Assembly (NCBI GenBank): GCA_034666725.1
Contig: JAXDLE010000011.1
Span: forward strand, 1-53,407
DNA: 53,407 nt
Origin: Chloroflexota bacterium
GTDB taxonomy: Bacteria; Chloroflexota; Limnocylindria; Limnocylindrales; CSP1-4
Direction: 5' to 3'
Part shown: piece by piece, positions 34,911-44,310 of the stretch
How positions within the stretch are numbered: the stretch's first letter is position 1
Layout of the letters: each line of letters opens with the position of its first letter
Made by a program: the position numbers and the translations under genes
The notes under the pieces: model-generated
What the model saw: the letters and a program-made list of their open reading frames with translations, nothing else
What the model was told of the DNA's origin: nothing
Databases searched by the model: none

Positions 34911-35542
34911 TGGCACTGGTAATAGCCGCCGCCGTAGTGGGCGCCGTCCTTGGCGTCGCTGCCGACTGGCTGTCAAGGCGCTGGCCCGACCACGAGGACG
35001 ACAACGAGCGGAAGCGGCCTGACTGGCGGACGCTCGTCGTTCCGGCGGCGGGCGCCCATGCCGGCGCGGCCCTCCTGTCGCGTTGGACCGAGCCGCGCGA
35101 TGTGGCCGTTCTCGGGATCTACTGCGCGGCGCTGCTGGTGCTTCTCGCGACCGACCTCGATCAGAAGCTGCTGCCCGACCTGATCACGCTGCCGCTCGTC
35201 GTCCTATGCGGCGCGGCTCTGGCGCTCAACTGGGCGCCGCCGCTCGCCGACAAGGCGCTCGGCCAGGCAAGCGGCCTGCTCGCCGCAGTGGGTGTGCCTG
35301 CCTTCCTGTTCGTGTCGGATCGGCTTTTGCGGGGTGATCTCGGTGCAGGTGACCTGAAGCTGGCGGTGTCGGTCGGGCTGATGTCGGGTGTCTACAACGT
35401 GTTCGTCGGCCTCATCGTCGCCAGCGTCGCTTTCTCGGCTGTCCTGATCGTGCTGATCGTCCTGCGTCGCCTGACGCTGCGCTCCGCGGTGCCATTTGGA
35501 CCGGTGCTGATCGTCACCGGGTTCATCGCGGCACTCTTGTGA
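34910..35542 (+). CDS. A24-family prepilin (type IV leader) peptidase, short form without a methyltransferase domain
   Basis: It is polytopic. The two catalytic Asp motifs are 'ATDLDQKLLPD' and 'GAGDLKL'. Confidence 0.75.
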   Translation: MALVIAAAVVGAVLGVAADWLSRRWPDHEDDNERKRPDWRTLVVPAAGAHAGAALLSRWTEPRDVAVLGIYCAALLVLLATDLDQKLLPDLITLPLVVLCGAALALNWAPPLADKALGQASGLLAAVGVPAFLFVSDRLLRGDLGAGDLKLAVSVGLMSGVYNVFVGLIVASVAFSAVLIVLIVLRRLTLRSAVPFGPVLIVTGFIAALL

Positions 35543-36171
35543 GGTCCGCTATGGGTATGGACACTGGGCTTACGATGCGCCATGCGAAGTGGGCCCACCC
35601 CAGTTGGCCCCGGGGGATCGCCGTGGAGAGTGCCGTGTTTTCGAGATCTGGTCGTTTTGCGCTCAGTGTGCTGGTCGTGCTTGGGCTGCTCGCGGCCATT
35701 GCGCCGCTGTCCGTCACCGCCCGCTCGGCGCCGTACATGGCCTGGCCGACGGTGGGTCGCGAGACGCAGCCCTTCGGTTGCACCGGCTTCAAGATGGAGC
35801 CGCGGCGCGGTGACTGCGCCCATTTCCACGCCGGCATCGACATCGCCAACAGCAGCGGCACGCCGGTCCGTGCGGTCGCCAACGGGACGATTGCATATGT
35901 CGGACGCGAGCCGTGGTATCACGGCGCGGACCGTGCCTGGGTAGTGATGATCAGCCACGGCAACGGGGTCAAGTCGATCTACGTCCACCTTCAGGCGCGG
36001 CAGATCGACGGCGTCGCGAAGGGCAAACACGTCGACCAGGGTCAGCTCATTGGGCTCATGGGGTCGTCGGGCCGCTCGACCGGACCGCATCTCCATTTCG
36101 GGGTGTGGGTCAATCATGTCGGCGTCGACCCGGTCAAGTTCATGGCCAGCACGTCGCCGCCACTCCACTGA
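35539..36171 (+). CDS. M23-family (LytM-type) metallopeptidase
   Basis: Contains 'HFHAGIDI' (HxxxD) and 'GPHLHF' (HxH). An N-terminal signal/anchor is present (FALSVLVVLGLLAAIAPL). The start is uncertain: GTG 35539 overlaps the upstream stop. Confidence 0.8.
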   Translation: MRSAMGMDTGLTMRHAKWAHPSWPRGIAVESAVFSRSGRFALSVLVVLGLLAAIAPLSVTARSAPYMAWPTVGRETQPFGCTGFKMEPRRGDCAHFHAGIDIANSSGTPVRAVANGTIAYVGREPWYHGADRAWVVMISHGNGVKSIYVHLQARQIDGVAKGKHVDQGQLIGLMGSSGRSTGPHLHFGVWVNHVGVDPVKFMASTSPPLH

Positions 36172-36188
36172 GGGTCTAGCATCCGCGG

Positions 36189-37556
36189 GTGAAGCGCGTC
36201 ACCGCAGTCGTGCTGGCCGGCGGCGAAGGGGAGCGCCTGTCGATCCTCAGTGCCGTGCGTGCCAAGCCCGCCGTCCCGTTCGCCGGCAAGTACCGGATCA
36301 TCGATTTCACGCTGAGCAACTGCGTCAACTCGGATATCGACAACGTCCTCATCCTGACCCAGTACAACCCGCGCTCGCTCAATGACCACATCGGCGCGGG
36401 GCGGCCGTGGGACCTCGACCGCAATGCCGGCGGCATCCACATGCTTCAGCCGTACATTGCACGCGGCCGCGCGTCTGAGTGGTATCGCGGCACAGCTGAC
36501 GCGGTACTCGTCAACCTGGAGATGATTCGCCAGCAGCCGGGCGACATCGTGCTCATCCTGGCCGGCGACCACATCTACAAGATGGATTACCAGCCGTACA
36601 TCGCATTCCACCGGCGCAACCGTGCGGACGTGACGGTGGCCGTTCAGCGCGTGCCCATCGGGGAGGCGTCGCGCTTCGGCATCCTGGCCTTGGACCCTGA
36701 CGGAAAGGTCACCGAGTGGCAGGAGAAGCCGTCGCAACCCAAGAGCGACCTGGCGTCGCTGGGCATCTATGTCTTCTCGAAGAAGGCACTCCTCGCCTGG
36801 CTCGACGAGTCGCGCACAGACTTTGGGCGAGACGTCATCCCGGCGATGCTCGACGGCGGTGCACGGGTCTACGGCTATGAGTTCCAGGGCTACTGGCAGG
36901 ACGTCGGCACGGTGGCCGGCTATTGGCAGGCGCACATGGACCTGCTCGAGGAGCACCCCGGGCTCGACCTGTACGACAACGACTGGCTCATCCACACGCG
37001 ATCAGAGGAGCGCGCGCCCGCGCGCGTGGGCCCCACGGCATCCGTCCACCGCTCGCTGATCTCGCATGGCTGCCAGATTTGGGGCACTGTCGAGCGTTCG
37101 GTTCTCTCGCCTGGTGTTCGCGTCGATCCGGGCGCCGTCGTGCGCGACTCGATCATCATGTTCGACACGGTCATCCGCGCCGGTGCCGTCGTTGACCGGG
37201 CGATCATCGACAAGAACGTGTCGATCGGCCCGAACGCGATCGTGGGCTTCGGATCCGATCTCGGGACGCCCAACAAGCAGGAGCCGACGCGACTCAACAC
37301 CGGGATCACCGTCGTCGGCAAGCGCGCGGTCGTGCCGGCGGGAGTGCGCCTTGGGCGCAACGTGAAGGTCAACGAGGGCGCGCGCCCTTCTGATTACGGC
37401 GGCAAACGTGTATTCGCATCGGGGGCGACGATCGAAGTTCACCGATCACCCGCGGGTGCCGCCGGCCGCGGGAAGGCTGGCGCGACGCGCACGGGCACAC
37501 AGGGCGAGCCGATGTCAGAGCGCATGACCGCAAATCCCCGCGGAGGCGTGCGCTAA
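36189..37556 (+). CDS. glgC: Glucose-1-phosphate adenylyltransferase
   Basis: GTG start. Contains '[11 protein letters not shown]', '[20 protein letters not shown]' and 'WYRGTADAV', followed by a left-handed beta-helix C-terminal half. An extra ~45-aa Arg/Gly-rich tail follows. Confidence 0.9.
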   Translation: MKRVTAVVLAGGEGERLSILSAVRAKPAVPFAGKYRIIDFTLSNCVNSDIDNVLILTQYNPRSLNDHIGAGRPWDLDRNAGGIHMLQPYIARGRASEWYRGTADAVLVNLEMIRQQPGDIVLILAGDHIYKMDYQPYIAFHRRNRADVTVAVQRVPIGEASRFGILALDPDGKVTEWQEKPSQPKSDLASLGIYVFSKKALLAWLDESRTDFGRDVIPAMLDGGARVYGYEFQGYWQDVGTVAGYWQAHMDLLEEHPGLDLYDNDWLIHTRSEERAPARVGPTASVHRSLISHGCQIWGTVERSVLSPGVRVDPGAVVRDSIIMFDTVIRAGAVVDRAIIDKNVSIGPNAIVGFGSDLGTPNKQEPTRLNTGITVVGKRAVVPAGVRLGRNVKVNEGARPSDYGGKRVFASGATIEVHRSPAGAAGRGKAGATRTGTQGEPMSERMTANPRGGVR

Positions 37557-37583
37557 CCGAGCCCGATGCAGCGGGGTCGCGTG

Positions 37584-40500
37584 CTACTGAGCCGCGGCCT
37601 CGAATCGAGCCGCAGCCCCCTCGAGCGCAGCCGTGAGCTCCGGCGTGTGCAGGGCGAATTCGCGGTAGTCGGCTGCCGCTTGGCGAAGATCCCGGGACTG
37701 CCACTGGGCTGCATAGGGAGCCCATTCCTCCGCAACCGCGGTGCAGCTCTGTCCGGATGGACACTGGAGATCGGCGTACGAACTGGCAGCTGCGATGGCT
37801 GCGTCGACGGCAGTGGTGAATTCGGTTTCGTTGCCATTGGTCAGGGCCACCAGACCGCGGTGCGCTGCAACCAACGCCGATTGCGACCGTTCCGCTGCCT
37901 GCTCCAGCAATGCATTCGCGCCGGCAGGGTCGTCTGCCCAAAGACTCGCCATGGCCAGTGCGTCAGCGGCTTCAACGTACGCTGGGACCGCATGGGCAGG
38001 CAGGTCGGCAGCCCCGAGCCAATCTGCTGCCTTGGCGACAAGAGCAGCTATCTCCGCCCGCGCTGCGGGGTGCTTCTCCGCAGCGAGATGCAAGTCACGG
38101 GCAAGAGCCTCGACGAAGTCAAAACCTGTGGACGGCGGCTCGGCGGCGAGACCCGCGAGGCCAGTCTCGAGAACGGCAGTCGCCTGCACCACCCGTTGGC
38201 CGACGAGAAGCGGTGCTACCGCTGCGAGTTGAACGTCAGGCTGCTGGGGGGCGACCAGGGTCGCCGATTGGGCCAATTGCATTGAACCGTCTGGATCCCC
38301 GTTCGCCGCATAGGCGCGCGCCAGGGCGACCAGCGCAGCGGGGTCATTCGGGTAGTCGCCTAGGTATTTCTCCAGATGGGATATCGCGCCGGCCGCATCT
38401 CCCTGGGCAAGGGCCTGGTTGGCGCCCGTCTTCTCGTCGGCACCGGCGCACTGGCCGAGCGGCGTTTGGAATGCTTCTGGCGTGGTGGGCTCAACCGCCT
38501 GCTGTTTCTGTGCGTTATCCGACGCCAGCGCCCTGAGCCGTGTGGCCTCGACGTCATCACCAGCGATGTGGGCTTCCCCGGAGCGCGCCAGGTATGCATT
38601 GGACAGGTATCCGAACACCTGCCAATCGACCAGGTTTCCGTCCTGATCGTCGGGCTCGGCTTCTATGCCAGTTCGAGCGGATTCGAGCTCGGCAATGGCT
38701 GCGTCAAGGAGAGTGATGCTGTCGGGCCAGCCGGCCACCTGACCATCGTTGGTCTTACCGAAAATGTAGAAGTATCTGTTCAGGGCATTGAGCCCGCGCA
38801 TGAGGCGCGCCTGCGCCTGCTGCCGCTGACTTGAGTCCGGCAGGGCGATGATGCGGTCGGTATCGCCGAAGAGTGCGTCTGTAGCATCTGTCATGCGCTG
38901 CGTGATGGAGTCGTCTGCTGATGCGTTGTGGGTCGGGACATAGCGATCGAGCACACCGAACGCGCGCTCATCGACTGCGCTGACTGCCAGCCAGGCCTCA
39001 GGCCCGGGATCCAGCTCGACTGCCCACCGGAGCGCCGCCAGGCGAACTGTGTCAGCGTCATCGGCCACGGCCAGCAGCTCAGCCGCGTCGCGGACCATTG
39101 CCGCCTGCTCCCGAACGAAGGTTGGCACGTGAGCCCCGTTGCGCGGCGGGAGTAACCACGGCGGGAAATCGATCCACCAGCCCAGGGAAAGGCGCCGGTC
39201 ATCGACATAGGCCTCGAGGGTGAGCTCGTTTGTGGGATCCGCCTGCAGCATTGACTCCGCGATGGGATCGAGTAGGGCGGCACTATCCCGATCGACCAGA
39301 ACCGCATCAAGTGACTCGCGGATGTACTCAAAGCGAAGGTCGATGAGCCGGGGCGTGCCTATCTGCAGCAGACGGTCCAGGTCCGCCTCTCCTTCGAGGC
39401 TGGACCCGATTTCGAGGTCGCGCAGGCTGGCGATCCGAATGAGCATCTGAAGGGCTTCGCGATCGTTCGGGTCCGCGCGCAACAACTCCAGCATCTGGGC
39501 GTAGGCGTCAGGACACTTCCCTGATAGGTACAGCGCTCTTGCTCCTGCCAGCACGCTCCGTCGGTCTGATTGGCGGGATGCCAGCGAGCGTCCTTCCTCG
39601 GCCGCGCGGCTCAACCACAGCTCAGTCGCGTCGTTGTCGCCGTCGCCGCTCGATAACTCGGCCAAGACGATGAAGCTCTCGGCCACAGCCTGGTGGACCC
39701 GCACGTACGTTCCCTCGTCGGCCAAGGCCGACTCGTCGCGAAGCAGCGCGTCGCCTTCGCCAACAGCGCGTTGAGCCAGCGTCCGTGCTTCATCTCGTTG
39801 GTCGCCGATCGCAAGCAGGTGGGCGAGCATATTGCTGGCCGCGATGAAAACCAATCGGTCCTGTATGCCCGCTAGCGGCGCACCCTGAAGGAGTTCGAGA
39901 ACCCGCCGGAGCTCAGCCGTTGCGGTGGAGTCGTCGCCCAGCAGGTATGCGGCGCTGGCGATGTGAAATCTGACGATCGGCTCCATGGCCTCATGAACGC
40001 CCGGGGGCGGGAGCGCCTGCCGAAGGTGCTCAACCGAACCGGTCAGCCGATCCTGGTCGTAAAGGATCAGGCCCGCCGCAGCCTCCAGGAGGCGGCCGAG
40101 GTCGCGCGCCTGCAGTTGCGGAACCTCGATTCCCTGCTTCGCCCGGAATGCGGTGCTCGGCCCTTGAGGGGTGCGTATCGCCAGCGGCAGCTCGAGTCCA
40201 AAACTTGGGTCAACGAACGCGATTACGGCCGTCAGGTTGCGATCAGGCGTGAGCACATCCTCGCCTGTGCCGGGCGTGGGGCTACTCGCAAGCGATGCGG
40301 CTGAACTGTTGTCCTCGCGGATGATCACGAAGGCGCTGGCGCCGATTTTTCGTGCCAGGTCCCGGCCGCGATCGACGTCGTTCGCGCCGTAGCCCACAGG
40401 CAGTTCGCGGACAACGACAGCTTCGCCATGGCCAAGACCGGCCAGCTCGGACGAGATGGCGTCGATGGAAACTGATGAAAATGCCTGCCTGCTTATGGCA

Positions 40501-40880
40501 ACCCCGATGGCCCCCTGCGGCACAGGCAGGGCGACGTGCCATAGGTACTGCTGGTAGATCCAGGCGGCAAACACCAGTGTGGCAAGGCCACCGACGGCGG
40601 CGACGCCCTTCACCGTGACCAGGTAACGCTCGACGCGGCGCAGGAAGGGCTGGTGACCGACTCGCTCACTCAGTTCGGTGGCGGTCGTGCGCCGCCAACG
40701 CACGAATAAAAACGCTGCCAGTAATGCAAACGACAGTGAGATGATCAGCAGCAGCCATTCATTGAACTGCGACCACTGGATGACGAGCCCGGTCACGCTC
40801 GCCCACACCTCGAGGGGGGACTTCGCGTCCAACACTAGGGGGCGCCCTGTGCGACCAGGCCCAGTTGATACAGGACCCAT
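37584..40880 (-). CDS. Large membrane-anchored TPR/helical-repeat protein (~1085-1098 aa)
   Basis: Two N-terminal TM helices are followed by a ~150-aa globular region, then ~800 aa of Ala/Leu/Asp-rich helical repeats (TPR-like). The alternative start, GTG 40835, overlaps the TAG of the upstream small gene by 1 nt. Confidence 0.7.
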   Translation of the reverse strand: MGPVSTGPGRTGRPLVLDAKSPLEVWASVTGLVIQWSQFNEWLLLIISLSFALLAAFLFVRWRRTTATELSERVGHQPFLRRVERYLVTVKGVAAVGGLATLVFAAWIYQQYLWHVALPVPQGAIGVAISRQAFSSVSIDAISSELAGLGHGEAVVVRELPVGYGANDVDRGRDLARKIGASAFVIIREDNSSAASLASSPTPGTGEDVLTPDRNLTAVIAFVDPSFGLELPLAIRTPQGPSTAFRAKQGIEVPQLQARDLGRLLEAAAGLILYDQDRLTGSVEHLRQALPPPGVHEAMEPIVRFHIASAAYLLGDDSTATAELRRVLELLQGAPLAGIQDRLVFIAASNMLAHLLAIGDQRDEARTLAQRAVGEGDALLRDESALADEGTYVRVHQAVAESFIVLAELSSGDGDNDATELWLSRAAEEGRSLASRQSDRRSVLAGARALYLSGKCPDAYAQMLELLRADPNDREALQMLIRIASLRDLEIGSSLEGEADLDRLLQIGTPRLIDLRFEYIRESLDAVLVDRDSAALLDPIAESMLQADPTNELTLEAYVDDRRLSLGWWIDFPPWLLPPRNGAHVPTFVREQAAMVRDAAELLAVADDADTVRLAALRWAVELDPGPEAWLAVSAVDERAFGVLDRYVPTHNASADDSITQRMTDATDALFGDTDRIIALPDSSQRQQAQARLMRGLNALNRYFYIFGKTNDGQVAGWPDSITLLDAAIAELESARTGIEAEPDDQDGNLVDWQVFGYLSNAYLARSGEAHIAGDDVEATRLRALASDNAQKQQAVEPTTPEAFQTPLGQCAGADEKTGANQALAQGDAAGAISHLEKYLGDYPNDPAALVALARAYAANGDPDGSMQLAQSATLVAPQQPDVQLAAVAPLLVGQRVVQATAVLETGLAGLAAEPPSTGFDFVEALARDLHLAAEKHPAARAEIAALVAKAADWLGAADLPAHAVPAYVEAADALAMASLWADDPAGANALLEQAAERSQSALVAAHRGLVALTNGNETEFTTAVDAAIAAASSYADLQCPSGQSCTAVAEEWAPYAAQWQSRDLRQAAADYREFALHTPELTAALEGAAARFEAAAQ

Positions 40881-41065
40881 GTCGCGGCAACCATCAGCAC
40901 GGCGATGGCGAAGCCCTTGATGATGTCCTTCGCAACGGATGTGGCACCGCGCCGCGTTCGTGCGAACAGATACCGTCGGGTTCTGATTGAGACGCCGGCC
41001 AACCAGCGACGCCTGGGTGGCGGTGCCGGCGAACCTGGGTCAGACGCCTCCTCGGAAGGCTTCAT
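40835..41065 (-). CDS. Small membrane protein (76 aa)
   Basis: Internal ATG 41065 of ORF 40835..41203 gives MKPSEEASDPGSPAPPPRRRW...IIKGFAIAVLMVAATWVLYQLGL, with one C-terminal TM helix. The start is uncertain. Confidence 0.4.
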   Translation of the reverse strand: MKPSEEASDPGSPAPPPRRRWLAGVSIRTRRYLFARTRRGATSVAKDIIKGFAIAVLMVAATWVLYQLGLVAQGAP

Positions 41066-41172
41066 GCTCGGCCCGGGGGTTTCCACCACATCCTCCCTCC
41101 GCGATGGGTGCCATTCGCGCTGACGGAGCATAGCGGCCGAGCAACGGCCTGGGCCTCTCCGCGAAGCCGTGG

Positions 41173-41844
41173 CTAGGTCAGGTCGCGGTCTTCCATCTCC
41201 CACGTGTGGTCGAGCACGTGATAGGCCGAGTGGCGTAACAGGTACGAGAGCGTCCAGGTCCGGCCAATCGGCTTGTCGTCGCGGTGCCAGTCACGCATCG
41301 CCTCGACGTAGCGTTCGCGATGCGTCATGCGGTGAGCGGGTGTCCGTGTCGCGAGATCCTCGAAGTCGGCCGGGGCATTCACGCGCGCGGCAAAGTCGCT
41401 GCCTTCGACCACGAGGGCGTGGCGGACGATCGCGTCGCGACTCCGCCCGCCGCCGCGCACGCCCGGCCGCAGCTCTTCTGAGACGCGCGCCGCGACATCA
41501 TCGAACTCCGCCCAGCAGGCACGAAGCAGCGCCAGGCGTCGCTCGAAGGTCGCATCATCGACGGGCTGGCGGTCCTCGTCGGACGGCGCGAAGGAGATTC
41601 CCCAGAAGTCGGTCGAACCCGTGCCTGTATGGCGGCCGACAACGGTGGGTTTGGTTTCGCGCTCGAAATCGGTGCCCAGGCCCGCCCGCCGTGCGACCTT
41701 CAGGTAGCGCGGGATGTAGGCCTCGAGCTTGGCCACGGCCTCCGCTTCCGACTTGCCATTGCGTTCGAGGCCGGGCCAGTCGGCGGCGATGGCCACCCAA
41801 CGCTTGCCGCGCGGTGCTTCCTCGATCAGGACACGCAGCTTCAT
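41173..41844 (-). CDS. Hypothetical protein: HicB-like (UPF0150) N-terminal fold fused to a DinB-like helical domain
   Basis: The N-terminus 'MKLRVLIEEAPRGKRWVAIAADWPGLERNGKSEAEAVAKLEAYI' resembles HicB-type antitoxin folds. The C-terminus 'LSYLLRHSAYHVLDHTWEMEDR' resembles DinB-family His motifs. Confidence 0.5.
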   Translation of the reverse strand: MKLRVLIEEAPRGKRWVAIAADWPGLERNGKSEAEAVAKLEAYIPRYLKVARRAGLGTDFERETKPTVVGRHTGTGSTDFWGISFAPSDEDRQPVDDATFERRLALLRACWAEFDDVAARVSEELRPGVRGGGRSRDAIVRHALVVEGSDFAARVNAPADFEDLATRTPAHRMTHRERYVEAMRDWHRDDKPIGRTWTLSYLLRHSAYHVLDHTWEMEDRDLT

Positions 41845-41914
41845 CTGCGCTGATTGTCGCCGCGCGGAGATACTTGGTTCGAAACAGAATGGTCAAGCTG
41901 AGAGGGAAGCCGAA

Positions 41915-42166
41915 GTGCCAGCGATCAACGAAGCATTCATCCCCGACATGTTCGAGCGCGTCAACAAGAGGTTGCGCGCCATCGAAGACCAACTCGTGCT
42001 CCTATCCGAGAAGGCGGGCATCCCGTACGCCGCGCCGGGCGCCAACGTTCCTGCGGAGGTCGTGGAATTGAAGCGCGCCGGCAAGACACTCGATGCGATG
42101 AGGAAGTACCGCGAGCTGACCGGCGCGAACGCCGAAGAGGCGAACAACGTCGTGAGCGGCATCTAG
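41915..42166 (+). CDS. Small protein with a ribosomal L7/L12 C-terminal-domain-like segment
   Basis: ORF 41729..42166 trimmed to GTG 41915, 5 nt after GAGGGAAG. The C-terminus 'VVELKRAGKTLDAMRKYRELTGANAEEANNVV' resembles the L7/L12 CTD helix pattern (K..IKvIKavRe.TGlgLkEAK.lV). Confidence 0.5.
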   Translation: MPAINEAFIPDMFERVNKRLRAIEDQLVLLSEKAGIPYAAPGANVPAEVVELKRAGKTLDAMRKYRELTGANAEEANNVVSGI

Positions 42167-42697
42167 TTGTCCGCTTCCTTAAGCGACCGCCGTGGGGGCC
42201 AGCTCGACGGCTGGCTGACCGAGCTCGGCCTCAAGCCGGTCGAGCGAGTCGAGCGCGAGGGCGCGACGTCGTGGGACCTGGTGCTCGACGGTCGGCGGCG
42301 CCGGGGCGTTCGCGTCACGCTGATCTTCGATCCCGCCGTTGCCGTGGTCGCGTGGGCCCACTTCGGTCCGCCGCTGTCGGACAACTTTCGCAAGACCTAC
42401 CGCCAGCTGCTGCGTTGGAACGACGAGCTGCCTTTCGCCAAATTTGCGCTCAGCGAGGATGAGCGGCCCGTCCTCACCGCGGAGGTCGCGGCCGAAGGCC
42501 TGACGCGCGACGTCGTCGGGACGCTCCTCGCGCGGGTGCTGGCGATCTGCGACCTCGTCCACGAGCCCGTTCTGGCGCTCATGAGTGAGCTGCGCCGTAA
42601 AGACGCGGCCCTCGCGGCGGCCGAGCGCGGCCCGGCCGGAGTCGCGCTACTCGATCGCTACGCGTCCGAGCTGGTCGAACTGACTGCCGGGTCCTGA
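42167..42697 (+). CDS. YbjN-domain protein (T3SS-chaperone-like fold)
   Basis: The TTG start directly follows the upstream TAG. 'SWDLVLDGRRRRGVRVTLIFDPA...LLRWNDELPFAKFALSEDERPVL' matches the actinobacterial YbjN-like pattern as I recall it. Confidence 0.55.
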   Translation: MSASLSDRRGGQLDGWLTELGLKPVERVEREGATSWDLVLDGRRRRGVRVTLIFDPAVAVVAWAHFGPPLSDNFRKTYRQLLRWNDELPFAKFALSEDERPVLTAEVAAEGLTRDVVGTLLARVLAICDLVHEPVLALMSELRRKDAALAAAERGPAGVALLDRYASELVELTAGS

Positions 42698-42829
42698 CCG
42701 CGCCGCCCTGACCGCGGCGCCACCGCCGCGCTCCTTGCTGGGCTTCGACTCGCTGATGCGCGGGACCGCAGCCAAGTCGGGCGGGCTGGTGCAACCGTGT
42801 ATGACCGCTCCGCCATACTTGAGCGACCA

Positions 42830-43894
42830 ATGACGTCACCCAAGCCAATCATGCCGGGCATCCGGCGCATGCCGTCGCGCGACATCCTGAGCGGCGAGTC
42901 GGCCGACGTCTATTTCGCGCGGGCCGATGAGATCCTGTCCAAGGAGGGCATGGATCCGTCGGTCGTGATGGAGGTCTTCTGTCGCCGCGAGGCCGTGCTG
43001 TGTGGCATCGACGAGGTGAAGGTCCTGCTGGCGCACGTGTTCAAGGAGGCGGAGGGCCCAGCGCCCGACAAAGTCGTCGTCGAGGCACTGTCCGACGGCG
43101 ATCGTGTCGCGCCAAAGGAAGTGGTGCTGCGCATTCGCGCGAGGTACCGCGCGTTCGGCCTGTACGAGACCGCGATCCTGGGCATCCTCGCCCAGTCGAC
43201 CGGCTGGGCAACCGCCGCGCGCGAATGCGTGGATGCGGCCGCGCCCGAGCCGATCGTCTCGTTTGGGGCACGCCACGTCCACCCTGACGTGACCGACAAC
43301 CTCGACTACGCCTCGATCGTCGGCGGCTGCGTCGGCGCATCGACGCCCGCGGGCGCGCGCCTGGCCGGCTTGAGCCCCACCGGGACGATGCCCCACTCGA
43401 TGGTGCTGATCTTCGGAGACACAGTCCGCGCCGCCGAGGCCTTCGACCGGCATATGCCGCCGGATGTGCCGCGGATCATCCTTGTCGACACTTTCCGCGA
43501 TGAGGCCGAGGAGTCGTTGCGCGTCGCCGAGGCGCTGGGCGATCGGCTCTACGGCATCCGCCTCGACACGCCCAGCGAGCGCGGCCGTGTCACGCCCGAG
43601 CTCGTCCGCGAGGTCCGGGCGCGGCTCGACCAGGCGGGCTACGGCCACGTCAAGATCATCGTCAGCGGAGGCTTCGACCCGACGCGCATCGCGTTCTTCA
43701 AGGAAGCCAAGGCGCCCGTCGACTCGTTCGCGGTCGGCTCCTACATCAGCGGCGCGCGGCCCATCGATTTCACGGGCGATCTCAAGGAGATCGACGGCAA
43801 GCCGATCGCCAAGCGCGGCCGCATCCCGGGCCTGACACCCAGCGCGCGTCTCGTGCCACTCGACCTTTCGGCATGGCGAGCGACCGAGTCGTAA
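42830..43894 (+). CDS. pncB: Nicotinate phosphoribosyltransferase (archaeal/short type)
   Basis: ATG 42830; the ORF itself begins at GTG 42797. It contains 'GESADVYF', 'GTMPHSMVLIFGD', 'ILVDTFRDE', 'GIRLDTPSERG' and 'IIVSGGFD'. Confidence 0.8.
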   Translation: MTSPKPIMPGIRRMPSRDILSGESADVYFARADEILSKEGMDPSVVMEVFCRREAVLCGIDEVKVLLAHVFKEAEGPAPDKVVVEALSDGDRVAPKEVVLRIRARYRAFGLYETAILGILAQSTGWATAARECVDAAAPEPIVSFGARHVHPDVTDNLDYASIVGGCVGASTPAGARLAGLSPTGTMPHSMVLIFGDTVRAAEAFDRHMPPDVPRIILVDTFRDEAEESLRVAEALGDRLYGIRLDTPSERGRVTPELVREVRARLDQAGYGHVKIIVSGGFDPTRIAFFKEAKAPVDSFAVGSYISGARPIDFTGDLKEIDGKPIAKRGRIPGLTPSARLVPLDLSAWRATES

Positions 43895-43905
43895 CCTCAC
43901 GAGTG

Positions 43906-44310
43906 ATGAACCAGGACGACGCCGACCGGCTCGCGGAGCTGGCCGAGCGCGAGACGGCGTACGGCCTCTTCCAGCGCGCCCAGGCCCTTCAGCGCAAGCG
44001 CCACAACGCCCAGGCCGCGGTGCTTCTCGAGCGCGCCGACCGGCTCGAGCCGCGCAAGGGCTCGATCGTCGAGGCGCTCGCGCGGGCCTACTACAACAGC
44101 CGCCAGCACGAGCGCGCCGCGGACAGCTTTCGCCAGCTGCTCGAGATCGATCCCTCCTCCCACTACGGCCACTTCGGCCTGGGCCAGTCGCTCAAGCAGC
44201 TTGGCCAGGAGGCTGAGGCGCTTGTTCATCTGCGTCTCGCGGTCGCGCTCGCGCCCGAGAGCGCTCTTTATCGCAACGCGCTCGCGCGGCTCACGCGGCA
44301 GAGCCAGTGA
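43906..44310 (+). CDS. TPR-repeat protein
   Basis: ORF 43873..44310 trimmed to ATG 43906. It has about three TPR-like helix pairs (...[40 protein letters not shown]...). Confidence 0.65.
   Translation: MNQDDADRLAELAERETAYGLFQRAQALQRKRHNAQAAVLLERADRLEPRKGSIVEALARAYYNSRQHERAADSFRQLLEIDPSSHYGHFGLGQSLKQLGQEAEALVHLRLAVALAPESALYRNALARLTRQSQ

Noticed and set aside
41169-42071. 300-aa plus-strand ORF (Arg/Pro/Ser-rich) over the HicB/DinB-like gene
   Set aside because: The composition is extremely Arg-rich, and the minus-strand gene has a sensible globular sequence.
42836-43900. 354-aa minus-strand ORF antisense to the NAPRTase gene
   Set aside because: NAPRTase motifs are present on the plus strand. 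This is a shadow ORF.
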